NCBI GenBank assembly: GCA_012295275.1
Contig: CM022665.1
Location: 23,684,001-23,748,000 of the forward strand
Length of the DNA: 64,000 bases
Source of the DNA: Chrysomallon squamiferum
Lineage: Eukaryota; Animalia; Mollusca
Direction: 5' to 3'
The stretch's first letter is position 1, and every line of letters begins with the position of its first letter. Below the pieces are notes generated by a model, which had not been told where the DNA came from, ran no database searches, and saw only the letters and a list, made by a program, of their open reading frames with translations. Both the position numbers and the translations under genes were made by a program. This document shows, one piece after another, positions 12,035 to 26,499 of the stretch.

Positions 12035-12720
12035 ATTATTATTATTACTTAATAATATTTTGATTGTCTTGCTTGCAATTATTTATTTATTTATATATTT
12101 TCTTAATCTTTTGTTGGAAATTCTTCGTGCCAAGCTTTATTGTTAGTATTAACATCAATCATCACCATCACTTTTTATAAACAAAGCATGTTCCATACAT
12201 ATTAATTAAATTCAATTTACAGACGTGTTTAGTATTAAAACAAAACATAAATACATGTTATAAAAATCATTTATTCACAAACAGTTATACACTAATTAAT
12301 AATGAAAATAGAATACAGTGAAAACCTTATTTCAAAAACACATAGTGTAATGAACAAGGTCGACAGTGTGTATTATACAGAAATAATTTCTTTCGCCTTC
12401 TAATCTATCTCATGACTGCAAACGGCAGTTACATAAACTACACGTACGACAGTAGCTGATTATTCGTGCATTATGTTAAGTGATCTGAGTTCAAATAAAG
12501 TTTTCAGTGGTCGTAGTTATGTCACAAAATCTTTTTACTCTCGTTTGATTACGACGCTAACGTTGTTTTTTTTTTTTTTTTTTTTTTGTTAATCGTGTAA
12601 CGAACAGTTAAAAGCAGAATTCACCAAGAAAGAGATACGGAGACTAATATTGAAAAAGTCAAATATTTTTCGTTTTTTATTTTGGGCTTTTTTGTTGTTG
12701 TTGTTTTACTTTTTCTTAAA

Positions 12721-12777
<57 letters not shown>

Positions 12778-13100
12778 TTGTTATTGATCTTCTTTTTTTT
12801 TTTTTTTTTTTTTCGTCCCCTTCCTCTGGTTCTTAGAATATAAAAAGTAAACATTATTATATCATTTTAAGCATTCCTGCTATGCCCGATTGTCTATTTG
12901 GCTCTTTTTGTCTTCTTTTTCAAAGATTTAAAAACTTTAGCTATACATAATAAAGTCGATATGCAGATTACAAATGTGTATTTTATCTCCATGAGTATTT
13001 GGAAATATTCATTCTGTTTTTATGTTTTTTGTTTTGTTTTTACCTGTGTAGCCTTTTCCCCGTGAAATATTAAAATTGATAAAATGAAGGCGAAAGAGAG

Positions 13101-13131
<31 letters not shown>

Positions 13132-14123
13132 GACAGAAATCAAATTATTGTACATATTGAATAATTAAGTACCTACGAATGCTTTCGTATACAGTTATTG
13201 TAAATACATTACAATATTTTTTGAAAATATATCAAATACATCTAAATATATTAAACACAAAATAAAATTATTACAATGGAAATTAAACAGACACGAAAAG
13301 AAGGCAATTTAATGTTTATTTTAAATCTTTGCACTGCATGCTTCTAACGATTACGCAATGTGATATTGTGGAATTGTTTTAAGCATTGATACAATACGCT
13401 ATGTTGATCATATTATACGACACGTCGTAATATGTTTGAATGTAACAAATAATGCATTAAGTATCGTTACTTCAAAAACCTTTCATCTGTACTACAGAAC
13501 AACTGGTAAGAAATTAGAAATTATGCAAAGAATATACACCGTCTCGCACGACTCCCCGTGGACACAAAAGAGTGCTCAAACTTGCTATTAATAAAGCAAA
13601 AACGAGGCACGTTACCAAAGAAAGGCACACACGAACAATAAAAGGGATTAATTTATATACATTGGCAGATCTAGCTGTCCTTTCAGAATAAGCAAAGAGG
13701 GGAAGTATTTCTACGATTAGTACGTAACAAATCCACTTGGTGTTGAATGAAAATCCACCATCATTTTTACTGGAGGGGCCATGTACTTAAAATGTCTATG
13801 ACAAAAAAAGTTCTAAATTCTTTGTCCTTCACAACAAGAACGTCGATATCCAAAACTATATTTCATCGGTTCTTATACGTGTGTAAGAGATAAATGCTGC
13901 TGCATATTTAGACATACAGGTGTAAAACTGAAAGTATTTTTGCATGAACATATAATTTTAAGCATTCATATAACCAAACAGGTACGTTCCTAAACACTGA
14001 GACAGTTGTAAGAAAACGCATGTATGTGTATCTTAGTTCGTGAGCAAAATCAGATCTTCCAGAAGTCCTCTGTTTCACTTTTATAAAACAAGCCAACGAA
14101 GAAAAAAAAAAAGAAAAAAAGAG

Positions 14124-14486
14124 CTATGACTGGCTTTCTTGGTCTTCCACAGTTGTCGATCTTTCCCTGTTGTTCACGGAGACGTCAATACCGTAGTCTT
14201 TCACAGAAGCACTGTATGTTTGACTGGGCATGATTTGTGATTTAACAGCCGGAAACTCTTCGGAGTCGTTGTTGACGACGACATTGGCATTCTTGTTCAT
14301 GTCACAGTCATTCGATATTTTGTCCTGAACCTCGTCGCGGTCCACATACTTGTCGTGTTCTCGTAAGCCGTCGGATAGTGACTGCAGGATGAAGGTGATG
14401 GCGGTCACGTAGATGGTTTCAATTGCCGGCGTGTATCTGTCGCCCAGCGTTATTCGAGCTGATTCCAAGAAAGGTTCTTTCATTTT
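14124..14486 (-). CDS. Globin C coding exon 3 (G7 to H helix plus ~81 aa tail)
   Basis: Acceptor CTATTTCAG. Translates KMKEPFLESARITLGDRYTPAIETIYVTAITFILQSLSDG...QESQS*. 363 nt, phase 0, GC-rich relative to its flanks. Confidence 0.95.
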   Translation of the reverse strand, partial: KMKEPFLESARITLGDRYTPAIETIYVTAITFILQSLSDGLREHDKYVDRDEVQDKISNDCDMNKNANVVVNNDSEEFPAVKSQIMPSQTYSASVKDYGIDVSVNNRERSTTVEDQESQS

Positions 14487-14752
14487 CTGAAATAGTATAA
14501 TAAAGAAAAAATACAAGCATTGTTAAACACGTGAAATCATCTAATAAATATATCCATTTTTCTGTCTGTCCGTATTTTCTTCTGTAAAAATGTTAAAAAA
14601 TATATATATATATTATTAATTTATTTATTTATTATTTCCTGTTTACTCTTTTCTTCTTTTTTTTTTTTTTCGTTTTCCTCGTATATATCTGGGTTTGGGT
14701 CAATATGATCCTTCTCGCACTTACGAAAAGCTTTCTGTTACAATTTGATAAA

Positions 14753-14870
<118 letters not shown>

Positions 14871-15315
14871 CAATCGATTATTTGGAAAATATTTATTTCA
14901 GTTATTTGAACATGGATGTTACCTGATACTCGGTTTTATCTGAAAATTTCGTGCCATTAAAGATGGCTGGATTGTTTTAATGACATTTACTTAAATAAAA
15001 ATTGACAGTGACAGAATGTTTTCGTATCACGCACAGCTGTCATTGCTACTAATAATTATTTTTAATTTCGGGATTTACTGTTGTCTTGGAGCTATAAATC
15101 TCTCTCTGGTTTTACTTATAATTTGACGCCACTGATATTAATATATCGGGAACATAGTGGTGAAGGAAGAGCAATGACAACTGGAAAAGGTAAATGAACT
15201 TTAGAGCATAACGTGACAGACTTGATACAGTGTGGGTTGTTAACGACTTACGGTTTGTTGCCTTATAATTCCACAAGAAAATATTTAGTTGCTTTATTAT
15301 TACATGATCGGTATT

Positions 15316-15323
15316 AATAATAA

Positions 15324-15356
<33 letters not shown>

Positions 15357-15440
15357 GAAGAAGAAGAAGAAGTAGAAGAAGAAGAAGAAGTAGATGAAGA
15401 AGATGAAGAAGAAGAAGAAGAAGAAGAAGAAGAAGACGAG
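15316..15440. repeat. (AAT)n then (GAA)n imperfect trinucleotide microsatellite
   Basis: Directly visible repeat run. Confidence 0.9.
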
Positions 15441-17204
15441 AAATAATAAAAAATAAAATGATGATGATAGTGATAATGTTATTAATTTTAGTAATTAATG
15501 TTTTATTCTTGTTGTTACGATAACTACTTCCACTATACTATTACCACTACACAAATACAATTACTACTACTATTTCTAATATTACTACTACTGCTGTTAA
15601 CAATACTACAACTGACGAAGATATCAAACGAACTTAATTAATACTGTATTCACAGAACCATTATAATATTAACCTTCATTTCTACAGGTCTTCGAACAAA
15701 TTTCGTTACTTACAGACAAAAAAATATTTGTTAAATGTTTCAGTTTTCTTTACTCATATCGAACTTCTATATTTCCGTGACTATAATTATCAAGTAGGTT
15801 CAGTTCCATCATCATCATAATTTGTCTCATTTAACTATTCAGCTACGACGATAATTAATGCCGTATTACCTTATAATAACGCCTACGTTTCGTGACTTTT
15901 ACAAGAGACCGTTGCATTAATTCCGATATTTGTTTTTCTATTTATATTTTGTTTCTCAGAGACGAAGAACTTTCACCACATATAAAAGTGCACATATGGC
16001 TTCTGACTATCTGGGACTTGTTTCGTTTCAAGTGGATTCAGTAACATCGAACTCAGAGCTAGGAATTTGTAATTAGCGTCATTTCTTGGAAAAAAAGCGT
16101 TTAACGAATTCTGTGTGCGTGATCTCTAAGGTTTTGCCTTCAGCAATTTCTCTTCTTTCTTTTTTTTTCCTTTTTTTTTTTTCTTTTTTCTTTAATTACT
16201 ATTATATTAGATGTAACACAGATACCATGTAATTTACTAGTAATAGTAACGGCTGTAATATTGACAGCAATAGTAATGCCGGTCGTAGCAGCAGTAACTA
16301 CGGTAGTGTTTTGAGAACACAGAGTGCTTGTATTAGATGAAGTTATTCATAACATTTTGATTTACACATCACCGCTCGATGTTCAGTTTGCTAGATCATA
16401 ATAACAGTACGTATGCTCATATACAACAAATGATTTCATTACATAAAGAAAATAATGTATGGTTTCGGAGAGCAAGTTCTATCTGTAATCAGTTCATTAA
16501 ACACGAAAAGACCAGCTACATTTAAAGACATAGATGTCGAAAAGTGTTCTATGTGTTTCGGGGCATGTTAATGTGATAATTCACTACCATATTAGACACA
16601 CTAGACAAGTGGGGTATCACTGGTCTGACGTCACACGCAGTTTACTTACCACCACTTCATACATACACTTAATAGCCATAGAAAATAAATAAAATTTAGA
16701 ATGAAGATGTACAGATAAATGTGAAGAATGCCAAAGGTTTTATTTTATTTTATTTTTGAAGACGAATAGAGACGGATGTTTAATAAAATAATGCTCAGAG
16801 CATTCTAATTATTTAAATTAGTTCTGTGAGTCGATGACATTGTTTAAATATATTCTCTGCATACTTTCAATTGTTTTCTTTTTCCAATTTTTAATTTATA
16901 ACGAAGTATAAGAACAAATGAAAACGATTTTAAAATATCCGAGCGCCAACATTTTGTTTTATGTAGTCAGTCATGATGTCATCTCTGTTTAATTTCTTTT
17001 AGTGATATCAGAAAAACGATGTATATCTATTAGTAATAGGTGTCCTAAAATAATATAATAATAACTCGAAAGTATAAAGAATTGTATTATTTATTCGTAT
17101 ACTTTCATTTTATTTTGATACGTTAGTTCAGTAAACAACCAAGGCAACTTTAATAATGAGCATTTAGTTTTTACAATTATATTATTAATTCTAAGTAATA
17201 ATTT

Positions 17205-17251
<47 letters not shown>

Positions 17252-18019
17252 ATCATCGTCATTATAGCCATCATCGACATCATCGTCTTAATTAACGTCA
17301 TTATTATCGTAAACACCATACTCATCACAATCATCATCGTTACCATAATTACCATCATTATCGTCATCATCATCATCATGATGGTTTCTTTACCCAGGAG
17401 AAGCAAGACGTATAGATCTGTATTTGCAAGACGTTTGGTTGTTATTGATTGTTGCCTTATTTCCATGTTACACCGAAAAAAGCAATTAATATGCCCGAGT
17501 TAGCCATATTTGATAGGAGTTAACCTTATGCTCGAAGGATTTGCTGATTGGCGTTCAGAAGATACAGTTTGACCTGCTTCAGGTTTACTAGGTGTTAAAA
17601 CACGCGGGCGTCAAAAAGCCGCTGTCTAAGTTGATTGTAAAGTGAAGCTGGAAGTCACCTCAGCTAGAAACCTGTCTGTTACAGTCGGTTTGAAACTGTT
17701 GTTAATACCCAGTTATAAATGTGTTCTTAGATTCAAGGCTTAGAGAGTTTTCGAGTTTTAATTTCATTTGTTTGTAACCAAATATTTATGAAATTAAATA
17801 AAATATGATGTCATGCGTATCAGACCTCGCTTAAACACTCATACATACATACATACATACATACATACATACAGAATTAATGAACGAATGCTTAGCGATA
17901 TCTCATTAGCAAAAGTATTTCGACTATCTGATGTCAAAAAAAAAAAGTATAAATACTGAAGTATGTATTGTGTTCACAGAAATTCGACTACACACAAGGA
18001 TACATGCACTAACGATTGT

Positions 18020-18350
18020 GAGTGGATGTTATGTCATATAATGTGATTTGGTGTCACGTGGTGTCGTGGGGTAATATAATGTGACCATATAATGTGGTTT
18101 GATGTAATGTGATATGATGCGGTTTTCTTTGGTGTAATGGTGGTTTGATATGGTATGTACGGTATGGTATAGGATGATGTAGTATGGTTAGGTTAGTATG
18201 GTTAGGTAGTAAGGTTATGATACAGTATTATGTGATATGGTGTGGGATGGTGTGATGTGGTGTAGTGAGATATGATGTGGTTTAGAATTAACATATATTA
18301 TAGTGTTATACAGTGTGAAATGCGGTGTTAGGTGAGGTGTGATATGCTTA
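18020..18350. repeat. Degenerate pentanucleotide satellite (TGTGA/TATGG/TGTGG units)
   Basis: Visible ~5-bp periodicity, e.g. gtgatatgatgtggtgtagtgagatatgatgtgg. Confidence 0.75.
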
Positions 18351-20111
18351 GAGTCTGCCATACAAGATAACTTTAATAACAACATCACCAAAATAGACCG
18401 TATTCTTCGTTTCTTTCAACAGAAATGAAGAGAAACAAAACAACTAAACCATAAAAACATCTTTACAGTCTTCTCTTGTATCATTCCAATTTTCCTGATT
18501 GGTTTTGTGTACCATTCCAAATCCAGAAATCAATGCGGATAGCTTAAAAACAGACTCGTTATTTCCTCCGTGCTGGGGTTAATCATAGTTGTTGCTCGCA
18601 CTGCTTGATAATCTAGGTAGATATGGTCGTTTCTGTAGCCGACTTATAAGAAATATATTATTCTCAGTACAACACCTAGTTCAATGTCCAGAAAGAGATT
18701 TGTGTTACGTTGTGTACTTTTAATTTTACAAGCTACGTTAATTAAGTCTTGTTATGATGCTTCTTGATATATTTATGTGATATAAGCAGATGGACACGCG
18801 ATATTTTTTTTTTTTAAAAGACGACATATGGAAAGAAAGAAAGAGAGTATGTGTTATTAATTCTGTAAAGAATGATTGTTAAATTCGATATTTTTTTGTC
18901 GCAGTTCTTGAAGATTTTAACTGCAAAACAGAAAACAGAAAGCCAAGGCACTGGAGTTTTTATTTTTAAATAATGAAGAAGTCGAACCTTGTTATGAAAC
19001 TGTTTACCAGTTTTGAAAGAAGAATTAAAAATAATTAAACTAGTGATGAAGGGTGATTGATTTTTGCAATGCTTAAATGCGCTTTAGCTTCTGACCGCGT
19101 TTCTTGCTTTTCGTTTATAATTTTTTTATTTTGTTTTGATTTTATCTTTTTTTATTATTACCGCTATGATTTTAAATTTGTATTATTATAATTTCTTTTT
19201 TGCTCTCCTTTTTTTTATTTTAAATTTTTATTCCTGTTGATGTTGTTGTTATTTTATCTTCTTGCCTATTATTATTTAAAAATAATAATAAAAGAAAAAT
19301 ATCATAAAAGAAAAAAATAACAATAATTGTACTAATAAATTATATATACATTCCAGTCGCAAAAATAATCTGTAATTTCTTTTCTCCAAATTATGCGAGT
19401 TGTTATGGTATGTCCTTACTTGACACATTTTATGCTGCCATTGATTCTGTGTGTTTATCAGTCCGTCAAGCCACTTTATTTAGGGTCAGAGGTACCGTCA
19501 AATCAATAAGCATTCCATGTACGTGTTTGACTGATGATTATGGGTTGAATATACAAGTCTGGTTATCAGTAATATTATTCTCCATGTTAATCGGCTAGGA
19601 ATACGTATCTTCTATTTTGATTAACTATCAATGTATCTATCTGACTATCTTCATACATGCCTGTATGAATATGAGCCCGTATATATATATGCATATGTAC
19701 ATACATCAGTTAAGTCTATCTTTAGATCCATCTTTGCACCTGACTATATAATCTAACTTCTTGTCTGCCTGTCATTTTATTGATATCACTGTCAGTTAGC
19801 CTCGATATTGTCCTTATTATCATCATCATCATTATTGTTATTGTTGTTGTTCCTGCTGTTGACATAAACTGTTTATATTCCTCTTACTGAAATCAATTTA
19901 AATAAATTTGGAAAGGAAGTTTACGTAGTGACTGTAATGCGCGACAGATTCAACGAAGAAAACATCTGTCATGTCACAACTGTTGCCGTATGAAGGCTGT
20001 GTATCATGTTAATGAACGTTAAATTTTGTTTTATTAATCAGGATTTATGTTCGCTTTATAAATGTAAGTAAATACTTGACAAATATGACAGAGATCATGA
20101 TGCATTTTTTC

Positions 20112-20176
<65 letters not shown>

Positions 20177-20557
20177 TAGGACAATACAAAATTGTGATGT
20201 ATGTATGTATGTATGTATGTACGTACGTATATATGCGTGTATGGGGGTGCGTGTGTTCAAGTTTCCGCGTGTTCATGTATGTATGTGTATGTGTTTAAAA
20301 GACGAAACAAAATAGTTAAAAATTAAAAAAAAATAAAAATGCATGCTGCAAAGGTTCCTACTTGAAATGACAAATTATGGTATTAATTTAAATTAACATG
20401 GAATTCTGGCCGTCTTTCATATGCATCTTCACTGTTTTTGATAATGGAGTTCGGAGCATCGGTTGGATCGAGAAAAAAACGCAATAACATGATTATGAAA
20501 GAAATATTATTACGAAAAAACCCAGCAGTAGAATGAAAAATATTTTACACCACTTAC

Positions 20558-20789
20558 CCAGAAATTCCGATGACTAAAGCCATCAAACCTTATGTGTGAT
20601 GATCCTGTCTTCTTTAGAACTTCGGCGACGTATTCGTGGTTGTCTATGTTGGTGATGGCGTCGTCCAGCGTGGTCATGACGAGAGTGGCGTGTCGTTCAA
20701 GAAGTTCATTTTCTCGAAGTTCATCCTCGTGGCCCACGTTCTTAAAGTTTTGAAACAACAGCTTCATGTCGAGATTTGTCTTGAAGAAT
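20558..20789 (-). CDS. Globin C coding exon 2 (B12 to G6; CD1 Phe, E7 His, F8 His)
   Basis: Acceptor TTTAATCTCAG, donor TGG|GTAAGT, 232 nt. Translates FFKTNLDMKLLFQNF...ELRENELLERHATLVMTTLDDAITNIDN...LKKTGSSHIRFDGFSHRNFW. Distal His at 20690-20692, proximal His at 20594-20596. Confidence 0.96.
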
Positions 20790-22446
20790 CTGAGATTAAA
20801 TAAAAAGGAAAATTTATTTGAGTTCAAGTACAATTATTTCGTGTTATTAATTCACAAATCAATTTCAGATAATATGTGTATGTGTGTGTGTGTGCCTGCG
20901 TGTGTGTTCATTCATTCATTCATTACGTCCGTATTCTTATTCTTATTTTATTCCTTAAAGTGCTCACGTAACATACTGACCCAAGACTTTGGCATCAGCT
21001 GCAATGGTTATTTCCAGATGGAAACAGAATACATATATATTTATTGTCATTTTCTATCTCGACATTTTTGCAGTACAAAAATCTGAAACCTGATCACCAA
21101 TACTTATGCTAACATAAGGTAGAAGGACATGTGTTTCAAATCCTAAGTCAGATCAATTAATATTTTCTTCTATGTTTGTTGTTTTATTGAAGTAGATAAA
21201 GGAAAGGTTACTGCACTAAGTCTTTACTATTTATCTGGAGATTTTTTTTTTTTTTTTTTTTTTTAACACTGACTTCTATGTATTTACTTTTTTATTTATT
21301 TATTTAATTTTTTTTATACTTGTGTTGTTGTATCGTCTAATGGATATCAATTTAGATAAAAAGACAATTTCCTTTTTTCTTGCTTTCTATTTTTTTTACG
21401 TATATTTTCGATCTCTTTCGCAACAGTTGCTGTAACATTTCTAGAACACAGCCTGAAGCATTTATTAAATCAAGAAAACTGTTCTTTAAAGATCAAGTAT
21501 AAACAGAAAATCCACGCACGCCTGTCTTGGACACGCAATCAGAGATCCCGCGTTATCTGTTCAAACGAGTTTTATATCAATATAATCACTGACGACAATT
21601 AAGACAGTGTGTCGGTAATACTTTTTATCAAATGCAGACAAAGTTATATCGGAGTTACAGCGTACAAGTCTTAAGACCGATGGCTCATCCACTGCACTAA
21701 AGATGCTGGTTGGTATGCACAGGAGCTAGGTGTTTGTACTGATGACGCTATAATCAATACCACATCACAGAGGTGTAAACCAGAGGTGTCATATATAAAC
21801 GATAGCTACCGGAATCCGTGAACTCGGGGTTAAGGCTTAGCACATTAATATTTCCATTTAATATAATATGACATGTGGCTTGATTGTGTCCAATGAAGCA
21901 GCGCGATTTGTTCTCTTTAAACCGTGGTGCATTCTGTGCGACTCATTTATGCATGATGCGCTATGTGTTTTTAAATTAATTTGTATATTAATATGTCTTG
22001 TTGTGTAAACTCTGAATATTGGTGCTGTTCACTTAACCATCGTCTTCAGAAGAAGTTAGCTTTAACATTGAAGAATTAGGAGACATTTATCCATAAATGA
22101 CAAACGTACCAAAAAATCCTACAACAGTCGACAAAATTGGAATAACATTTAATAATTTCTGTAAACATATTTCAACAAATATACACACATAAAAAGACAG
22201 ACTTAAATATACATACATAGTTACAAACATTTATACATACATACTTACATACATACATACATACATACATGCATGCATACACGTACACGTACACATACAC
22301 ACTGACATACAAATATACTTATACACACACACACACATATATATACACATACATACACACAAGGACATATGGAAGTGGTACATATAATAGGTGTGAATAA
22401 TTAAAATCACTTTAAATTTTTTATTTATTTATGTGTGTGTGCGTGG

Positions 22447-22542
<96 letters not shown>

Positions 22543-23093
22543 CTGTGTTTCCTCACGTAATGATTTGCTCGGATGATCTCTAGTTCAGTTCTGTGTTAAC
22601 CTACTACGAACTATCTGGTCGACAGAACAAAGCACTTTGACTACTGACGAACGGCTCGATTATTTCGTAGTATAGTAACCTTAGCCGTGCATCGTCATTT
22701 ACTTCGTGAACTACGACATCAATGCCCTGAGATGCAGAGACGAAGTAATTGAATATGTCTGTTCTTTGAATTACTTAATCGAAGTGTCACTTTGTTCTGT
22801 GAGATCAGAGCAAAGTACAAGTAAAATATATATTCTTTATCTGTTCTTCAGTTGATAATTTTGTTTCGTTTTGGTTTGTTTTTCGGATGCAGTGTGTAAA
22901 AATAATTAAGACACCAAATATTGTTTGTATATCCACTGAAATCAGTATTCAGTGTAATTATGTAACAGTTCACTTCCTTTAAAACACTCCCATTAATGAT
23001 AATAAAAATAACGCTTTGTGTTCTGTTGTTGTTATTTTTATCATAGGCATTAATATCAACGTCATCGTCGTCGTCGACATCATCACATCTTAG

Positions 23094-23156
<63 letters not shown>

Positions 23157-24925
23157 GCTCTATGGTTAGTTTAATGTATCATAGATTTTTTTCGTGCTGA
23201 GTTTTAAAGTTTATCAAAGTACCATCAGTGTACATCGACATTATAGCATGGTTTGGGCTTCCTGACTTAAAAGCAGAAAGACGAGATAAAAATAGCCACA
23301 TTGTTAATTTTCTTAAAAGTAACAATCGATCAAACGCTTAGATTTATAATTATTTTTTAAATAAATTACGTTTTTCCAGCCCACGCCGAAACACAGCACC
23401 ACACGTGTATAATTAAAAAGTTATTTCGACTCTCTGCCAAATCGAGAAGTGACGTCAATGGGGCAAAGACATAATGAGAGGATAGTGTATGGTAAAGTAA
23501 TGATAAGAAGCTTTATGCTGTGCTGTGACCAAACTACTGAACTTAGAGCAATCTTTAATGTTATTTTCAGACGCGAAGCTAACATGAAAGCATGTTTATA
23601 ATGATTATTTATGGCTTTTGCAAAGCGTTATAGAAAGTTAGGAAAATCTACGAAAATGTGTAATCTATTTCATCTTGCATCTTGGATATCTAAATTGAAC
23701 AACAAAAAACACAAAACAAAAAGCGTAAGAAAATAAAAACTTGAATTTGACACATCGGCAGTACAGAATGCGGTAAACTTTACATTTCAAAAGTATTTGT
23801 AACAGAAACTATTTCTGTATTTATAATCTACTGCATTGTTTATGAATATTTTATCGTAGACTGCTTGTGTTTCAATCAAGTTACAGAGCCCTAATCCCTT
23901 CCACGTTTTCTCTCTTGTGTTTCGGCGCCTTACATTTTATTGCTGCGTTATTGCTATCAAAAATACAACCCGTTAAGACCAGTAAAGAAGAGAACCGACC
24001 ATGAAGGGCCAACTTACCATTTAGAGCCATCTGTTTTGATGCATCCACCTAATCCTGCCCTGTAGATTTAATTAACATTTCCGATTAATGACCTCGCTAG
24101 ATGATATTTAATTAACATGTAGCTGGTAGTAACTGTTCGTCTTCCTATTAATCAAAACGCCGCATAACAGAATACATATAATCGTGAAGCACTATATCAG
24201 GTGTCTTATAAATGATACCTACTTCAGTGTAGTAATAATTCATTTTTTGCATGGAGTAAAAAACATTTTTGACAGATACGATTAACATTAATGCATGAAT
24301 ATTTTTTTTAAGGAAAAATTATAAATATAATAGAATTTTCCTGATGGTCAAAAAGTGCTAGATGTCAGTTTAGTGTAATCGTTAAATTAAAAGTACTTTA
24401 TTTTGTAACAAAACAATAATTTTTTCCTACTCTAAGGAGTCAATTAATTACATTTAATGATATCCTAGGTTACTTGATTTACTATCTAGAAGAGTATGGA
24501 TGACTTCAGTGCCTGAAAATGACCAGTTATCACGTACTAATGAATAGTTCATGACAGTGTTATTCGATCAGAATATACTAATTAATCAATAAAGATGCAG
24601 AATCAATGGGTTCATATTGATTAACAATTTGGTTATATATTTATGTATCGTAGAAAAGAATTCAATAAAGAAGCTGATAAACTACCTACACAACAAGGGT
24701 CTCTAGCTGATTGGTAAATCTGTATACTTAAAATTTGCTGTAAGGATAAATTGCATTTTGTTCTGTATATATTTACTTTTGCGTTTAAAGCAAAGGAAAA
24801 AACGCTGGAAACCACATTAGCCGTTGTATTCAAGCCATCTTTTGGCTTTTATCAATATCATCTACTTTTTCTTTTCTTCTTTTCCTCAACTTCCCTTGCT
24901 TCTTCTTCTACTTTTTCTTCTTCTT

Positions 24926-24997
<72 letters not shown>

Positions 24998-25240
24998 GAT
25001 AAAAAGATGTGTGTTAACAGTGTCTGAGTTGTCTTCCTCGCTCTGGGACACTGTGTTTAGAGAGAACGTCGGCCGCGTTATGGATTGCAAAATCAATCCT
25101 CCCTATTACAGAAGCTTTACAAACTGTGTCCTCTGAGTAATGTTCCGTGTATTTAAATCGGATTTCGTACAGAAATGTCAAACATCTTCCTGAAATATTT
25201 TTACGTTAATCACTATCCATGATATATGAAATACTGTTAG

Positions 25241-25273
<33 letters not shown>

Positions 25274-26391
25274 CTTCTCGTCTGTCGCTGATGATCCGAG
25301 ATTTGTTCGTTCACGACAATATAATTACAAGGGAAGCAGAAATAATGATATCCAGTTAGCAACACAAGTCTGCCGTTGGTCAGTTTGCAGGACGTAATAT
25401 ACTTTAGATAATAATCGTGAAATAGCTAAAGGATTCCAAACGACTACAGAATGACTTCTTTTATTTCTTGTTTCTAAAACAAAATCTGTTCTTTTTCGCA
25501 TTATTTGCTAATTACGAAATGTTCCGTATGTTGATATTACCGTCGCTGTCGAGATAAAAAAATAAAAAGCCAGAGTCTAATTATACCCAAAAGTAAAGAT
25601 CATAACATACTTTGTAATGGACAGCACTGCACGTAATGTGTTCCTGGTATATAAATTTCGATTCTCGCTGATCAGTGTTTAGGAATGACAGGCAGTTATG
25701 ATTACACTATTACGTGAATATGTCTTCTTTCCAGTGTGTAAATAGTTACGTACATCATAAGAAAAAAAAAAAAATAATAATATTAATAATAATAAAATAC
25801 ATATTTTCATGTAATAAATATCCAGAGATATTTTCAGTTTATTAACTAAAGAAAAATCCATATTCAAGCAATTTAATTGCCAGTTCCAGATGTAAAACCG
25901 CACTTTAATTATCAGTCAGGCGTTTTCCAAAGAGACTCAACGTCATTTTGGTAATGTTTCCAAACAAGACTATAAAATAAGATAATTATTTTTGTAAACA
26001 AATATTCTATAATGTCGAAAAATATATGGCATGTTTAAACACACTGCTGATAAGAAAGATTAATTCTGTATTTTAATATTAGATACCTTAACCATTCATT
26101 TTATAAATTTATATCCATCAAATATTTAAATATCTTGTATATTTATGAAGTAGTTATTTCACAGTAAGTGAATCAGTTTATTTTCTTGATTACGTGCATA
26201 ATTTAATAAATTCTAAATTTAATTTTACTGTTTGATTACTGCTAATATTGATGGTAATAAGATGCACAGTTAAATCATTACAAAGTAAAATTTCATTAAA
26301 AACGTTAAATCACGATTTCGTTTCTTAGGAAAACTCATTTCATCTTGAAACATAATTATGCCGTTCATCTTTTGAAATCCTTGATCTGGTG

Positions 26392-26499
<108 letters not shown>

